Of a stretch of DNA of 64,000 bases, positions 27,074 to 37,513 are shown one piece after another (position 1 is the first letter of the stretch; each line of letters opens with the position of its first letter). A program made the position numbers and the translations under genes. The stretch is from a virus. The stretch is taken from IMG/VR virus record IMGVR_UViG_3300033233_000017, positions 1 to 64,000 of that record. One strand, written 5' to 3'. A model generated the notes under the pieces. That model was given only the letters and a program-made list of their open reading frames with translations. It made no database searches and was not told the origin of the DNA.

Positions 27074-28870
27074 GTGGGATTGCGCGACTATCAGCAAGAC
27101 TGTCTCGACAAGATTCGGGAGGCGAAGCGGAAGGGCATCAATAAGCAGCTTTGCGTTTCTCCGACAGCTTCAGGAAAAACGGTAATTTTTTCCCATCTTC
27201 CTGATGCGCTTGGACTGCAACCGGGCGAACAGATGATGGTGTGCGCCCACAGGAAGGAGTTATGCGACCAGACCGCTGAGAAACTGCGCAGATACAACCC
27301 AGACCTGAAGGTCTCAGTGGAACGGGCCGAGGAACGCGCCGACACCAATGCCGATCTTATCGTGGCATCAGTTCCCACTATCGGAAAGGCCAAGCGGCGC
27401 GAGGCCGACAACGGGAACTTGATCGCATCTCCCGATGACTCCGACCTGAAATGGGAGTTCTGCTCACGCTTGCGCAAGTTCGACCCGGAACGGGTGCGTC
27501 ATTGCGTAATTGATGAATTCCATCACTGTCCGGCTGGTTCCACTTACCACAATGTACTGCGCTACTTCCGTCTCTTTAAGCCGGAGCCGGAGTATGACGA
27601 CCGCAGCAAGACTCTGATCGGGTTCACTGCAACCCCAAACCGAAGTGACAGTATCGGGATGGACGCCATCGTGGACGAGATCGTCTTCCAGCGCGAGATC
27701 CGCGAGATGGTCAAAGCGGGCTGGCTGGAGCGAATCCATGCGTACATGGTTCACACTGAGACGAACATATCCGAGGTCGCTACGCGCCAAGGCGATTTCG
27801 TCCCATCACAGTTAGAGAAGGTCATCAATAGTCCGGAACGCAACCGGCTAATCGTAAGCGAATATCAGAAACGTGGCGAAGGGATGCAGGCGTTTGCCTT
27901 CACTGTCGATGTGCAGCACAGCATCGACTTGGCGCAAGCCTTCAACGATGCGGGTATCCCGGCAGCAGCAATCTCTGGGGACACCCCGCCCGACCTGCGA
28001 GCCGCATACTTCCAGGCATTCAGAGACTACGAGCTACAGATCCTCGTATCCTGCCAAGTGCTACTGGAGGGCACGGACGTTCCGCAGGCGTCCGTGGGCC
28101 TGATGTGCCGCCCGACCAAATCCGGGCTCATGTATACCCAGTCCATCGGGCGCTTGTTGCGTCCGTATCCGGCTCCCGAGGAACTGGCCCGTTGGGTTGG
28201 GTGGATCAAGCCCTACGCGATTATCCTAGACTTCGTAGATGTCTGCGGACGGCATCGGCTAAACACGATTCCTACCCTGTTCGGGCTGCGCCCGGACTTC
28301 GATGCGCGCGGGAAAGACGTCGTGGAGACAGTCGAAGAAGTCGAGCAGTTGACCACCAAGGCGCGCGGCGTGGACCCCGCCCTGTTTACTGACCTCACAA
28401 GCCTGCGGGCTATGGTGGAATCGGTCGATCTTCTGGCAACTCCTACCGTTCCGGAGGCCCTGCGTGGCGTCTCGCCATTCACTTGGATGACCGGACCGAC
28501 CGGAGGGTACGTGCTAATCTTGCCAGAGAAGGCCAGTTACTCTGTGAAGCAGAACCTACTGGGCCAATGGGAGGCATCAAGGAGCGCCAATGGAGTTCGC
28601 TATCCCATGGGTAAATTCAGGTCACTGGACGCTGCGGTGCGCGACATCGACCAGCGGGTTCCTCCCGACGTCCAGGTGATCCTGAAGTCAGATGCCGGAT
28701 GGAGGCGCGAGGCTCCTAGCGACAAGCAGGTAGGACTGCTGTGGAAAGTAGATCGGGAGTTGCGTCAGCGCATCCCCACGTATGAGCAATTCTCCGCATT
28801 TGTGAAGGCGACTTACACTCGTGGAGATGTCAGCAACCGAATAAATCACAACTGGAGACGGGTCAGATGA
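27074..28870 (+). CDS. SF2 DEAD/DEAH helicase
   Basis: LRDYQ, PTASGKT, DEFHH, TATP, EGTDVP, QSIGRLLR. Confidence 0.9.
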   Translation: MGLRDYQQDCLDKIREAKRKGINKQLCVSPTASGKTVIFSHLPDALGLQPGEQMMVCAHRKELCDQTAEKLRRYNPDLKVSVERAEERADTNADLIVASVPTIGKAKRREADNGNLIASPDDSDLKWEFCSRLRKFDPERVRHCVIDEFHHCPAGSTYHNVLRYFRLFKPEPEYDDRSKTLIGFTATPNRSDSIGMDAIVDEIVFQREIREMVKAGWLERIHAYMVHTETNISEVATRQGDFVPSQLEKVINSPERNRLIVSEYQKRGEGMQAFAFTVDVQHSIDLAQAFNDAGIPAAAISGDTPPDLRAAYFQAFRDYELQILVSCQVLLEGTDVPQASVGLMCRPTKSGLMYTQSIGRLLRPYPAPEELARWVGWIKPYAIILDFVDVCGRHRLNTIPTLFGLRPDFDARGKDVVETVEEVEQLTTKARGVDPALFTDLTSLRAMVESVDLLATPTVPEALRGVSPFTWMTGPTGGYVLILPEKASYSVKQNLLGQWEASRSANGVRYPMGKFRSLDAAVRDIDQRVPPDVQVILKSDAGWRREAPSDKQVGLLWKVDRELRQRIPTYEQFSAFVKATYTRGDVSNRINHNWRRVR

Positions 28871-28951
28871 GATGATCGACTTACTAGCCTTCGGTGCTTT
28901 TGCCGTCGTAACCATCTGCGCTTGGATCGCTTTTTTACCAAAGAGGAGCCG

Positions 28952-29335
28952 ATGATACATTGCTTGACCGTCCGGCAACCGGGGGCGTGGCTGTTGATCC
29001 ACGGCACCAAGGACATCGAGAACCGGGACTGGGCCACTAGTTACCGGGGAGAACTTTGGATTCACGCGTCCAAGGGGATGACTAGGAGCGAATACGAAGA
29101 TGCCCGAGCATTTGTGGCACGGTTTGATCCGGCGCTGGCGGAAGCAATTCCGCAACCAGTGGATTTAGTGCGAGGAGCCATCATCAGGAAGATGATCCTG
29201 CGCGTTATTGTTACCGAAAGCGGCTCACCGTGGTTTCAAGGGATCGCTTGGCCTATGGGACTGCGATTTAGTATTACCAGGAGAGTAGGATGGCTGAGAC
29301 AATCAAGACTATCACGGAATTTCATCCGAATTTGA
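28952..29335 (+). CDS. ASCH-domain protein, C-terminus possibly degenerate
   Basis: LTVRQPGAWLLIHGTKDIENRDW...YRGELWIHAS...SPWF. Confidence 0.8.
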   Translation: MIHCLTVRQPGAWLLIHGTKDIENRDWATSYRGELWIHASKGMTRSEYEDARAFVARFDPALAEAIPQPVDLVRGAIIRKMILRVIVTESGSPWFQGIAWPMGLRFSITRRVGWLRQSRLSRNFIRI

Positions 29336-29754
29336 ACATCCAGTTCGAATACGTACCCGCAGACGATCTGCGCAAACTCTTCCCGCAGGAACTCCCTCCT
29401 AATTGGAGGTGCGAGGGATGGGGATACGATGGAGTCGCATACGCCTACGAGCCGCAGTGGGGACGTCGGTTGAAAGTGCTGATCTCCTCCGCCCGTCAAT
29501 TGGACAGTCGCATGTGGCTGCACCTATCCCTCTCGAAGTGGTCTCCGAGTGGATCGACACAGGTGCTTCCCTCCTGGGAAGATGTCATGCAGGTCAAGGA
29601 GATCTTCCTCGGGCCGCTGCGGGAAGCCTACATCGTGCTTCCGAAGCGCGCCAACCATGTCAACCTCGGGGAAGTGCATCATATCTGGTGCCCACTCTAC
29701 GACGACGGGCCTTCCCCACTTCCAGATTTCACGCGGGGGATGGGAGTTATATGA
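29290..29754 (+). CDS. Phage hypothetical protein
   Basis: WLHLSLS...PSWEDVMQVKEIFLG...HVN...HHIW. Confidence 0.65.
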   Translation: MAETIKTITEFHPNLNIQFEYVPADDLRKLFPQELPPNWRCEGWGYDGVAYAYEPQWGRRLKVLISSARQLDSRMWLHLSLSKWSPSGSTQVLPSWEDVMQVKEIFLGPLREAYIVLPKRANHVNLGEVHHIWCPLYDDGPSPLPDFTRGMGVI

Positions 29755-30127
29755 GTAAACTCAGTTCAAGAGCCTACGAATCTACAACGCCCACGCCTTC
29801 GCTGGAAAGGGGAACGTATGCATAGAATACTCCCCGGCAGACAATGGGCGCGGAGTACATGGTGCGCACTTTACCATCTTTCGGATAGGGCATCAAACAG
29901 ATCCAACTGCGCCTTGGTACGCCCATGGCAACAAGGAATTTGGCGTATATGGCAGGACGGCCAAAGCAGGAACGCTTGAACAGGCCAAAGCCTGGGCCGG
30001 CGAGAAGTATGGAATTGAATCCTGGGCGCGGACGCCGTATGGAACCTGGATGGATTCCAAGTTTGTGAAGCGCCGGATCGCAGAACTAAAGGTCAAGTCC
30101 TCTATTCTGGAGACATTTAGCAAATAA
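29751..30127 (+). pseudogene. Frameshifted phage gene
   Basis: Coupled ATG at 29751 is out of frame with a 122-codon open frame (29759-30127) that has no 5' start codon. Confidence 0.5.
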
Positions 30128-30186
30128 GTCACGTACGCGCGCATATGTCTTGCGCTCCCGAGTAACATCGAAGTAGGAGGATATGT

Positions 30187-30555
30187 ATGTCAGAGAACCA
30201 GGATCTAAAAAGCGGAATTCTGTCCGACGAAGAGGTGCAGCGCATTCATCAAAAGCATCACTACAGCCCGAAGTCATCCGACCCTGATCCTCCCGTGTTC
30301 GCCTGCCTGCGGGTGCGCCGCTCCGTCATGGACAAGTACCGGGCCTTCGCCAAAACTGCCAATATCACCACTTCGGAGTTGCTGCGCCGAGCCATTGGGG
30401 TGATCGTACGAATGGACAATCCCCGGATGACGAACATAAACCGGGAAGTCTACACCAAGGGCTACATGGACGCGCTGGAGGACCTGAAGATAAAAGCGGA
30501 CGGAATGGTCCCAGAGCACCTGCGTAAACGCCACCGCGAAGACCCTACCGGTTGA
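30187..30555 (+). CDS. Possible ribbon-helix-helix regulator
   Basis: CLRVRRSVMDKYRAFAKTANITTSELLRRAI; AGGAGG RBS. Confidence 0.5.
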   Translation: MSENQDLKSGILSDEEVQRIHQKHHYSPKSSDPDPPVFACLRVRRSVMDKYRAFAKTANITTSELLRRAIGVIVRMDNPRMTNINREVYTKGYMDALEDLKIKADGMVPEHLRKRHREDPTG

Positions 30556-30891
30556 GACCTGGGCGGACCCGGAATCCATGGGTCCGCCTCCACTCCCCCT
30601 GCTTTAGCCTGCTCTGTTTCCTCCGTCCTAAAACATCCGGCACGCACACACATCCCCCGCAGTTGTGGTAATAGAAGCCCACTATTATTAAATTTCAGTC
30701 ATTCTTGCGCAATAGGGTTCCAATATCCGAAATAAGGGCGTATAAGTGTATACAAAGGTATCTAGAACCAGGGCTTGCGGAGTCGATTTCCATATTCCGC
30801 CACTCCGCAAGCTGCATTCCTGACGGTGAAAATTGGCTCCCTTGTAGAGAATAGGGTGGAATCACAGCGAAGGCAAAGATAGAGGCGAAAT

Positions 30892-31209
30892 ATGGGAACA
30901 CAGACACTAATGTCGCGGCGTGGGGCAAAGCAGCGACGATTTCATCACACCCCTCACGTTTCACGAGAGGAAGCGGCCCGTATCCTTTCCATGAAGGCCC
31001 CGCAGTTGATTGACTTCACGGGGATATTGAACACAAAGGTCTGTGCGTTCTGTGGCTGCGAGTCGGTCGGCCTACACAGGCACCACCATCCCATACCTAA
31101 AATACAGGGCGGAAGGAAAACTGTACGGATCTGCGCCAACTGCCATGCCGAGTTCCACTGGAGCACTACCGCTGTTGACTGGGACAAGGTGGTCGAGGGA
31201 TTGGTTTGA
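30892..31209 (+). CDS. HNH endonuclease-like protein
   Basis: CAFCG...HHHPIPK..GG......CANCHAEFH. Confidence 0.7.
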   Translation: MGTQTLMSRRGAKQRRFHHTPHVSREEAARILSMKAPQLIDFTGILNTKVCAFCGCESVGLHRHHHPIPKIQGGRKTVRICANCHAEFHWSTTAVDWDKVVEGLV

Positions 31210-31565
31210 TGACTTCAACCACGTTCAATCCATTCGAACATGACTGGGTAGTAATCCCGTGGCAGGTGGCTCGCTACCGTGGGATCTCCGCACAGGCTAA
31301 GGTTATCTACGGTCGGCTCAGCCGATACGTGGACGAGAAAGGCTTCGCCTACCCGAACGTAACTGAACTTGGAGAAGAGGTTGGTCTCGGGGAACGGCAG
31401 ACAAGGACTCACCTTCAGGAGTTGGAGAAGGAAGGGTTTATATCTGTCCAGCGCCGCTTCAGGGCATCCAACCTTTACGTCTTCCTGCACCACCCATGTT
31501 TCGATGGGGAAATTGGTTTTCCCCGCGTGACCCCTCCTTTAGCGAAAGCAGGAGGCGCGGAATGA
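31206..31565 (+). CDS. Stand-alone winged-HTH (HTH_36-like) protein
   Basis: AKVIYGRLSRY...AYPNVTELGEEVGLGERQTRTHLQELEKEGFI. Confidence 0.8.
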   Translation: MMTSTTFNPFEHDWVVIPWQVARYRGISAQAKVIYGRLSRYVDEKGFAYPNVTELGEEVGLGERQTRTHLQELEKEGFISVQRRFRASNLYVFLHHPCFDGEIGFPRVTPPLAKAGGAE

Positions 31566-33217
31566 GCGGAGAGATCTTTAACCCATTCACGAAGGGGTGG
31601 TGCCTACACCTGCCGCCAGAGGTGGCGAGTTATCCGGGGCTCTCGTGGCCGTGCAAAGGCGTCTATATGCGGCTCGGTCGGTATGCGGGCCGTAAAGGAC
31701 TGGCATATCCGAAGATTGCAACCCTATCCAGAGAGGTCGGACTTTGCATCCGACAGACGCGAGCCCACTTAAAGGATCTCGAAGTCGATGGCTTTATCCG
31801 TAGCCGACGACGTTTTGGGACTTCTAATGTCTATGAGTTTCTAGAGCATCCATGTTTCTCCAAGCAAATCCCCACTTCTGCGGATACCCGCAAAGATGAA
31901 GAGATTTGCAGTTGTGCGGAAACCTGCATGACTGAGAAAACCGAGGAAATCTCCAGTCATGCAGGAACCTTCCACTATGGAAGAAACCTGCCGCATGATG
32001 ATGCAGATTCCTGCCGCGTTAGAAAGGATCTTCTTAAAGAAAACCTAAAACATACTGTCTCTGAGACTGAAATTCCTCAAACCCAACCCACCACTACCGA
32101 GCAGGCTGCTGAGAGTGAGCCTTGCAATGCGTCCCCAGGGATTAACGTTCCTTCATGTGATTCGTATGACGACTTCTTAATGGGGCTGAAGTTGGCTTAC
32201 CGGAATTGCCGTGGGGCGAAGTTGGACAATCTCAAGGCGAAGGCGAACGCGCACGCCGAACAGCAGTTGGCGGAAGCCTACGAAGCCTACGAGGAGCACA
32301 GCGGGGCGCTACTGGCGGCTGTGGAATTGTACCTCTCCGAGAGCAGCGAGTTCCTGCGGTCGAAGGGATGGCCGATCAAGGTCTTTCTGTCCCAGAAGCA
32401 GAAGTACCTCGACCGGGTGGAGGATTCCAACCCGCGACCTGCGATTAAAACCCCTCCGGCTCCGCGCCCGGTCACCCCAGTGCAACGAACGCCCCCTCCC
32501 CTGGCGCTCCCCACCCCTGAAACGGTCCTGGAGGCTAAAACGGCCCAACGGACCGGATTACCTGAACTGGCGGAAGCCTGGAATAAGCGGGTTCCGCACG
32601 CGACCAAGGTGTCCAGTTGGCTGCGGGAGTGGGACGCGCTGACGCGCGAGCCCCTGATCGCGGAGAATTTGGACGAGTTGTTGTCGAAATGTGACGCTCT
32701 GGCGGTCCAGCGGGAGAACCCCGAGAGTCGGTTCACCACGGCGATCTCCTTCCCCTGGTTCTCAAAACAATGGGAGAAACTCCTAAATGGGGTGTATGAC
32801 TGGGCACTGCCGGATGATTTCGTGGTAGGACCGCCGCCTGCCGACCCCGTTCCGGAGGTCGATCACTCCGAGCCATACAAGGGCCATCCCGACTACGACC
32901 TGATCGTCTCGAATAAACTCTGGGAGCGCCCAGAGGTGCTCGATGACGCCGGGAAAATGCGCATGTACCGGATCGCGCAGCGCCGCGATGCGCTGCTGCG
33001 GTTCTTCACGCTAACCCAGAACTACCAGGACTACATCGAGCAGGAGAAGCAATTCCGGGCCAGTTGGCCTAAGTGCATGAAACCTGGGACTTTCGACGTA
33101 GTGAATGAGCACTACGATGAGCAGGCGGAAGCGCTACTGGACACCTGGGAAGCGTGGCTCAATGATCTCAAGGCGAAGTACCGGGCAGAACAGACACAAA
33201 AAGGGGGCATCGCATGA
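31562..33217 (+). CDS. Replication initiator with an N-terminal winged HTH
   Basis: HTH paralogous to the upstream gene; internal iteron-like repeats; followed by Zn-finger and DnaB genes. Confidence 0.7.
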   Translation: MSGEIFNPFTKGWCLHLPPEVASYPGLSWPCKGVYMRLGRYAGRKGLAYPKIATLSREVGLCIRQTRAHLKDLEVDGFIRSRRRFGTSNVYEFLEHPCFSKQIPTSADTRKDEEICSCAETCMTEKTEEISSHAGTFHYGRNLPHDDADSCRVRKDLLKENLKHTVSETEIPQTQPTTTEQAAESEPCNASPGINVPSCDSYDDFLMGLKLAYRNCRGAKLDNLKAKANAHAEQQLAEAYEAYEEHSGALLAAVELYLSESSEFLRSKGWPIKVFLSQKQKYLDRVEDSNPRPAIKTPPAPRPVTPVQRTPPPLALPTPETVLEAKTAQRTGLPELAEAWNKRVPHATKVSSWLREWDALTREPLIAENLDELLSKCDALAVQRENPESRFTTAISFPWFSKQWEKLLNGVYDWALPDDFVVGPPPADPVPEVDHSEPYKGHPDYDLIVSNKLWERPEVLDDAGKMRMYRIAQRRDALLRFFTLTQNYQDYIEQEKQFRASWPKCMKPGTFDVVNEHYDEQAEALLDTWEAWLNDLKAKYRAEQTQKGGIA

Positions 33218-34107
33218 CCTCCGCCACCCCCTTCCGCGACATCTCCGACCGGGTGAGCTTTGCGACATTACTCGCTTCGCTCGGCTGCGACCCCTTGCGG
33301 CAGGGACGATCCGCCTGCCCAGTCTGCAACGTCACCCGGAACAAGTCGGCGTTCTCTGTCCACGAGCGCAAGGGCGTATGGCAGTGTTTCGCTTCAAACC
33401 ACGGCGGGACCAAGTTGGATCTCGTGATGGGGCTCCAGAACTGCTCCAAGCGTGAGGCGGCGGAGTACATTGCCGACCTCGCCGGCGTGGACCTGAAGCA
33501 CCAGAGTAAAGAGGAATGGCTCCGGCGCAAGCGGTTACTGGAGCAGAGCCGCCACGAGGCAGAGGCGTTCAGAGGGTGGGTACAGAAGATGCACAACGCG
33601 TACGAGGGCATCTTCTGGGCGCTCACCGACGCCCACGTGAAGGTCTGCCGCTGGCTGTGCAACCATCCGCAACCCGGCGCGGACGTTTACCAATGGGCAC
33701 TCCGCTTCGACCGGGCCTATGAACTCGACTCCCTGATCTCCATCGCGCACGGGCAATTGGAGGCGTTCACCTCCACCTCCCGCGCCAAGTTGTTTGCCTT
33801 GTTCCGTACGCGCGCATACTGGAACAAGCCCTCTTCCGCCTACTGGTTACCCGCCTGGACCGGGCCAATGATTTCCCGGTATGTGACTCGGAAGGCCGAC
33901 CAGCGCAATCAACAAGACTGGGATCTCGCGTTCCTGTCCCTACTGGAAGCGGGGGTGACTCCCCGTGAATTTCTTACTGCTCTTAATCTTTTTGATGTTG
34001 ACGCCGACCGCACATGCCCTCATCCGAAGACATCTCAGAGTACGCCCAAACCGTCACCGACGTCGTTGAGACCTATGGAGATGGATCGTATGCCAGTCAG
34101 AACGTAG
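33214..34107 (+). CDS. Protein with a primase-type Zn-binding (CHC2-like) domain
   Basis: CPVC...SAFSV....GVWQCFAS.HGGTKLDLVM. Confidence 0.7.
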   Translation: MTSATPFRDISDRVSFATLLASLGCDPLRQGRSACPVCNVTRNKSAFSVHERKGVWQCFASNHGGTKLDLVMGLQNCSKREAAEYIADLAGVDLKHQSKEEWLRRKRLLEQSRHEAEAFRGWVQKMHNAYEGIFWALTDAHVKVCRWLCNHPQPGADVYQWALRFDRAYELDSLISIAHGQLEAFTSTSRAKLFALFRTRAYWNKPSSAYWLPAWTGPMISRYVTRKADQRNQQDWDLAFLSLLEAGVTPREFLTALNLFDVDADRTCPHPKTSQSTPKPSPTSLRPMEMDRMPVRT

Positions 34108-35417
34108 CTCTCGAAAAGTTGCTGCTTGGAGCGGCCTGCTCGGACCCCGAGGCGTTCCCGTCTATGCGCGGGGTGCTACGCGGGGAAGACTTTACCGATC
34201 AGCGGCATCGGGCGCTATACGGAGTACTGGCGGAGGTTCTCGATAACGGTCTCACCATCGAGCGCAACTCTGTCATCCAAGTACTTCAGCGCCAGAACTC
34301 TCTGCCGCGCATCGGTGGACCGGGATATCTGGACGCGCTAATCGGGGCGGCAAGCGCCAACCCTGTCGATGTGGACAACTCGGTCCGCATTCTGCACGCC
34401 TGCACCACCAGCCGTAAACTGATGGCGCTGGCGCAGCGCATTCAGGCGCAGTCCGCTTCCGGCCAACCGGTGCAGCAGATCATCACAGAGACCGACGATT
34501 ACCTGCACCGCATCGAAGCCGACGCCGACACGGAGCAAGACGGATCGCTCACGATGATGGAGACGATTCGATCCCTGCCGAGCGGACTCGATGAGTTCAT
34601 CAACCCCTACATCAACAACCCAGGTATTAAGACTCCGTGGCCAAAACTGAACGAATTGGTCCACGCGCTCCACGCAGGAGAAGTCGTTATCGTAGCTGCG
34701 CGACCGAGCCAAGGGAAGTCTCTAGTGGCCGGACAGATCGGCGCGTATGCGGCACGTAACGGGCACCAGACGCTATTCTTCTCGCATGAAATGAGCACGG
34801 AGTCTATCTACCGCCGCATCGTGATCGCAGAATTAGGGCTGCTGGCAAAAGAAGTCCGCAGGGGATTTGTCTCCAATCTCGATGTCCTACGCATTGGACG
34901 ACTCGTGACGGAGTGGGCCAGGAGGCCGGAACTGCGGATCAACTCTTCGCGGGGGCTCACGTTACCGGATCTTTCCGCCGTGGCACGGCGGCATCGCAAA
35001 AAGTACGGTCTGAAACTCGTGATCGTCGATTTTCTACAACTGATGCGCTCCGTGAAGCCGATGCACGACAAGAACACGATGTTCGGGGAAATCGCCATTG
35101 GGATGAAGCAACTCGCCAAAGAATTAGGAATCTGCGTATTACTGATCTCGCAGTTGAGCCGCGCGGCGGAGACGCGCGTGGATAAGCGTCCGCAGTTGAG
35201 TGACCTGTATATGTCCGGCTACATCGAGCAGGTGGGTGATGTAATTGTGTTCGTGCATCGACCGGGGATGTACCAGAAGCAGGGCGAACCGCCCAACCCG
35301 GACGGGCTGTTGCTCGTCGCCAAGCAGCGCGAAGGAGAGATCGGGGAAGTGCGATTGAGGTTCAATGGCGCGATGCTGCGCTTTGAGAATTATGATGGGG
35401 AGCCATTGGGAGAGTGA
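34014..35417 (+). CDS. dnaB: DnaB-like replicative helicase
   Basis: AARPSQGKS, FSHEM, VDFLQL, SQLSR, RPQLSDL..SG.IEQ, KQREG. Confidence 0.9.
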   Translation: MPSSEDISEYAQTVTDVVETYGDGSYASQNVALEKLLLGAACSDPEAFPSMRGVLRGEDFTDQRHRALYGVLAEVLDNGLTIERNSVIQVLQRQNSLPRIGGPGYLDALIGAASANPVDVDNSVRILHACTTSRKLMALAQRIQAQSASGQPVQQIITETDDYLHRIEADADTEQDGSLTMMETIRSLPSGLDEFINPYINNPGIKTPWPKLNELVHALHAGEVVIVAARPSQGKSLVAGQIGAYAARNGHQTLFFSHEMSTESIYRRIVIAELGLLAKEVRRGFVSNLDVLRIGRLVTEWARRPELRINSSRGLTLPDLSAVARRHRKKYGLKLVIVDFLQLMRSVKPMHDKNTMFGEIAIGMKQLAKELGICVLLISQLSRAAETRVDKRPQLSDLYMSGYIEQVGDVIVFVHRPGMYQKQGEPPNPDGLLLVAKQREGEIGEVRLRFNGAMLRFENYDGEPLGE

Positions 35418-35420
35418 GGC

Positions 35421-35454
35421 AAGGCCCGCCCCGGACGAGTGAGGCGGGCCTTTT
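35421..35454 (+). terminator. Probable intrinsic terminator after dnaB
   Basis: AAGGCCCGCC/GGCGGGCCTT stem followed by TT. Confidence 0.55.
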
Positions 35455-35521
35455 CAGGAGCACACAGAAGCATCACACGTCACAGACGCTTACAGTTTAC
35501 GTCGGGAACGGAGAAGAAGCA

Positions 35522-36082
35522 ATGGCTGAAACGGAAACAGAAACGTATTCGCCGGAATTTGAAACCGCCATAGAAGTCACGATCTCACGCGAAGGCGGGT
35601 TCGCCTTCGTCAGGCGCACAGGGGAAGTCGTCAAATACGGAATCACCCTCAGACTGTTGCGAAGTCTGGGTATCGACGCGGACATCAACTACGTCCGTCA
35701 TCTAACCATTCCGCAGGCCAAGGCTATCTACTGGGAGCACTTCTGGCAGGCCGCGCACGTGTCGCTGATCCATGACCCGCTGGTGCGGGGTCTGATGTTC
35801 GACCAGTGCGTCATCAACGGCATTGGGACTCCGATCCGTTGCCTGCAAGACACGCTATACGATCTGGGCTACTCCCCCACTGTGGACGGAATTCTGGGTC
35901 CAAAGACGGCGGCGATGGTCAATGCCGAGTGCTCAAACGACGAAGACCGCGAGTTGCTGCTGGCTGAGTTCCGGCACCACATGGGAGCCCACTACAACAA
36001 ATTGGGCGAAGACCCCAAGCACGCGCCCGATGTGGAAGCCTGGATCGCCCGTCTGACGCTGCCGTTCGAAAAGATCCAGTAA
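35522..36082 (+). CDS. GH108 lysozyme-like peptidoglycan hydrolase
   Basis: REGG, KYGIT, AKAIYWEHFW, FDQCVING, VDGILGPKT, WIARL. Confidence 0.8.
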   Translation: MAETETETYSPEFETAIEVTISREGGFAFVRRTGEVVKYGITLRLLRSLGIDADINYVRHLTIPQAKAIYWEHFWQAAHVSLIHDPLVRGLMFDQCVINGIGTPIRCLQDTLYDLGYSPTVDGILGPKTAAMVNAECSNDEDRELLLAEFRHHMGAHYNKLGEDPKHAPDVEAWIARLTLPFEKIQ

Positions 36083-36093
36083 GGAGAACCATC

Positions 36094-36900
36094 ATGTCTA
36101 CCAATACTCTCGCACTTGCCACGACCAGCGACGTGCTGCTGGCTGACATCCTGGACGATTCCGAGCGGCAACTATTGAGCGCCTTGCTCTCGCAGTCCGC
36201 CGCCATCGACTTGGTGATCCCTCTCGACATCAACCTGGACGAGTTATGGAAGGCCCTGACTGTCTGCGTGAAGACCATGAAGCGCCTGCGGGAATCCGAA
36301 GCCCGCTTGAAGCCCCTGGTTGGCAGAATCCTTATGGTCATCGAAGACCATCCCGACCTCTATAAAGACAAGGGCTACCGCACCTTCGATGACTTCATGA
36401 CTCGCTGCATCCCGGAGCAACTGGGAATCGCGCGAGGGGAAGCTTATCACGCCAAGCGCATCGCCAGCCGCTTCTCCACCTCGCTCTCTCCGGATCTGGC
36501 GGCGCGGCTCGGATTCCAGAAGTTGGCGCGGATTGCCCGCGTGACCGGGGACGACGACCCCAAGCGCGACCAGTGGATCGACTACGCCACTAGCCACACG
36601 CTCCGAGAAGTCCAGGTCGCCGTCATGCAGAAATCGGGACTAGAAGAAACCGACTTCCAATACAAACCGCTGCTGCTCGACAAGCTCACACGAACGCAGT
36701 ACGACCGGATCACGGGGTTCCTGTCCGACGCGAGGATGCAGGCGTACTGCGGGACGGATGAGTGGGGAGCGATCCTGTGCCGCTGCATTGAAGAGTGCGA
36801 GTTGGAATGGCTGGCACAGGCGAACGCCGGGAACATCGTGGATCTTCCGGTATCGGACGAGGTGGAATTCATAGAAACACCACAGGAGGCGCGGGCGTGA
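36094..36900 (+). CDS. Phage hypothetical protein, possibly DNA-binding
   Basis: 268 aa; LYKDKGYRTFDDFM...LGIARGEAY; AAGGAG RBS. Confidence 0.6.
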   Translation: MSTNTLALATTSDVLLADILDDSERQLLSALLSQSAAIDLVIPLDINLDELWKALTVCVKTMKRLRESEARLKPLVGRILMVIEDHPDLYKDKGYRTFDDFMTRCIPEQLGIARGEAYHAKRIASRFSTSLSPDLAARLGFQKLARIARVTGDDDPKRDQWIDYATSHTLREVQVAVMQKSGLEETDFQYKPLLLDKLTRTQYDRITGFLSDARMQAYCGTDEWGAILCRCIEECELEWLAQANAGNIVDLPVSDEVEFIETPQEARA

Positions 36901-37144
36901 GCGAGGACGTTCCCTTCAAGCCCCGGATCTACATCGAAGTCCGACTAGGTAAAGACTGGTGTGGCCGCTCCAATAACCTGTGGCGCGGGAGGTCCCCCTT
37001 GCCGGACCTGTACCGCAGCAAACCAGGGGACTTCTACCTCGGGGCTGTGTGTTTGTTCTCGGTCGAGGAAACGTTGCGGTCCTACCGGAAGAAGATCGAG
37101 AGAGCTTATCGCCACGCGCAGAAAGCGCAGAGGAAGGACCAATC

Positions 37145-37513
37145 GTGACAGTCCGAGATCTGGAGTCCATCACTGAGAAGGAATTCCGCGTCCTGGGCAA
37201 CAATCCGGACGGGCTGATCGTCGGACTGTTCCTCGCGGACGGCACGGAGGTTGGTCGCGCCGTAAAGAGAGACCTGAACGCGGGCCTGGAAGCCTTACTG
37301 GAGTCACATTGGAGATGGCTCTGCCGATTGATTGATAAACGCGCCGGGTATCGCTGCGAAGGCTGCGGGGAGATCGTTCCGCTCCAGCATCATCATCGGG
37401 AGTTCCGCTCACATGGGCGCAAGGACACCCTGGAGAACATTCTAGCGGAGTGCTTTCGGTGCCACGCCCGATACCATTCTCGGGAACGCAAGGAAAGGAG
37501 AGCGCACGCATGA
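37145..37513 (+). CDS. HNH endonuclease-like protein
   Basis: CEGCG...HHHREFRSHG..DTLEN....CFRCHARYH. Confidence 0.75.
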   Translation: MTVRDLESITEKEFRVLGNNPDGLIVGLFLADGTEVGRAVKRDLNAGLEALLESHWRWLCRLIDKRAGYRCEGCGEIVPLQHHHREFRSHGRKDTLENILAECFRCHARYHSRERKERRAHA

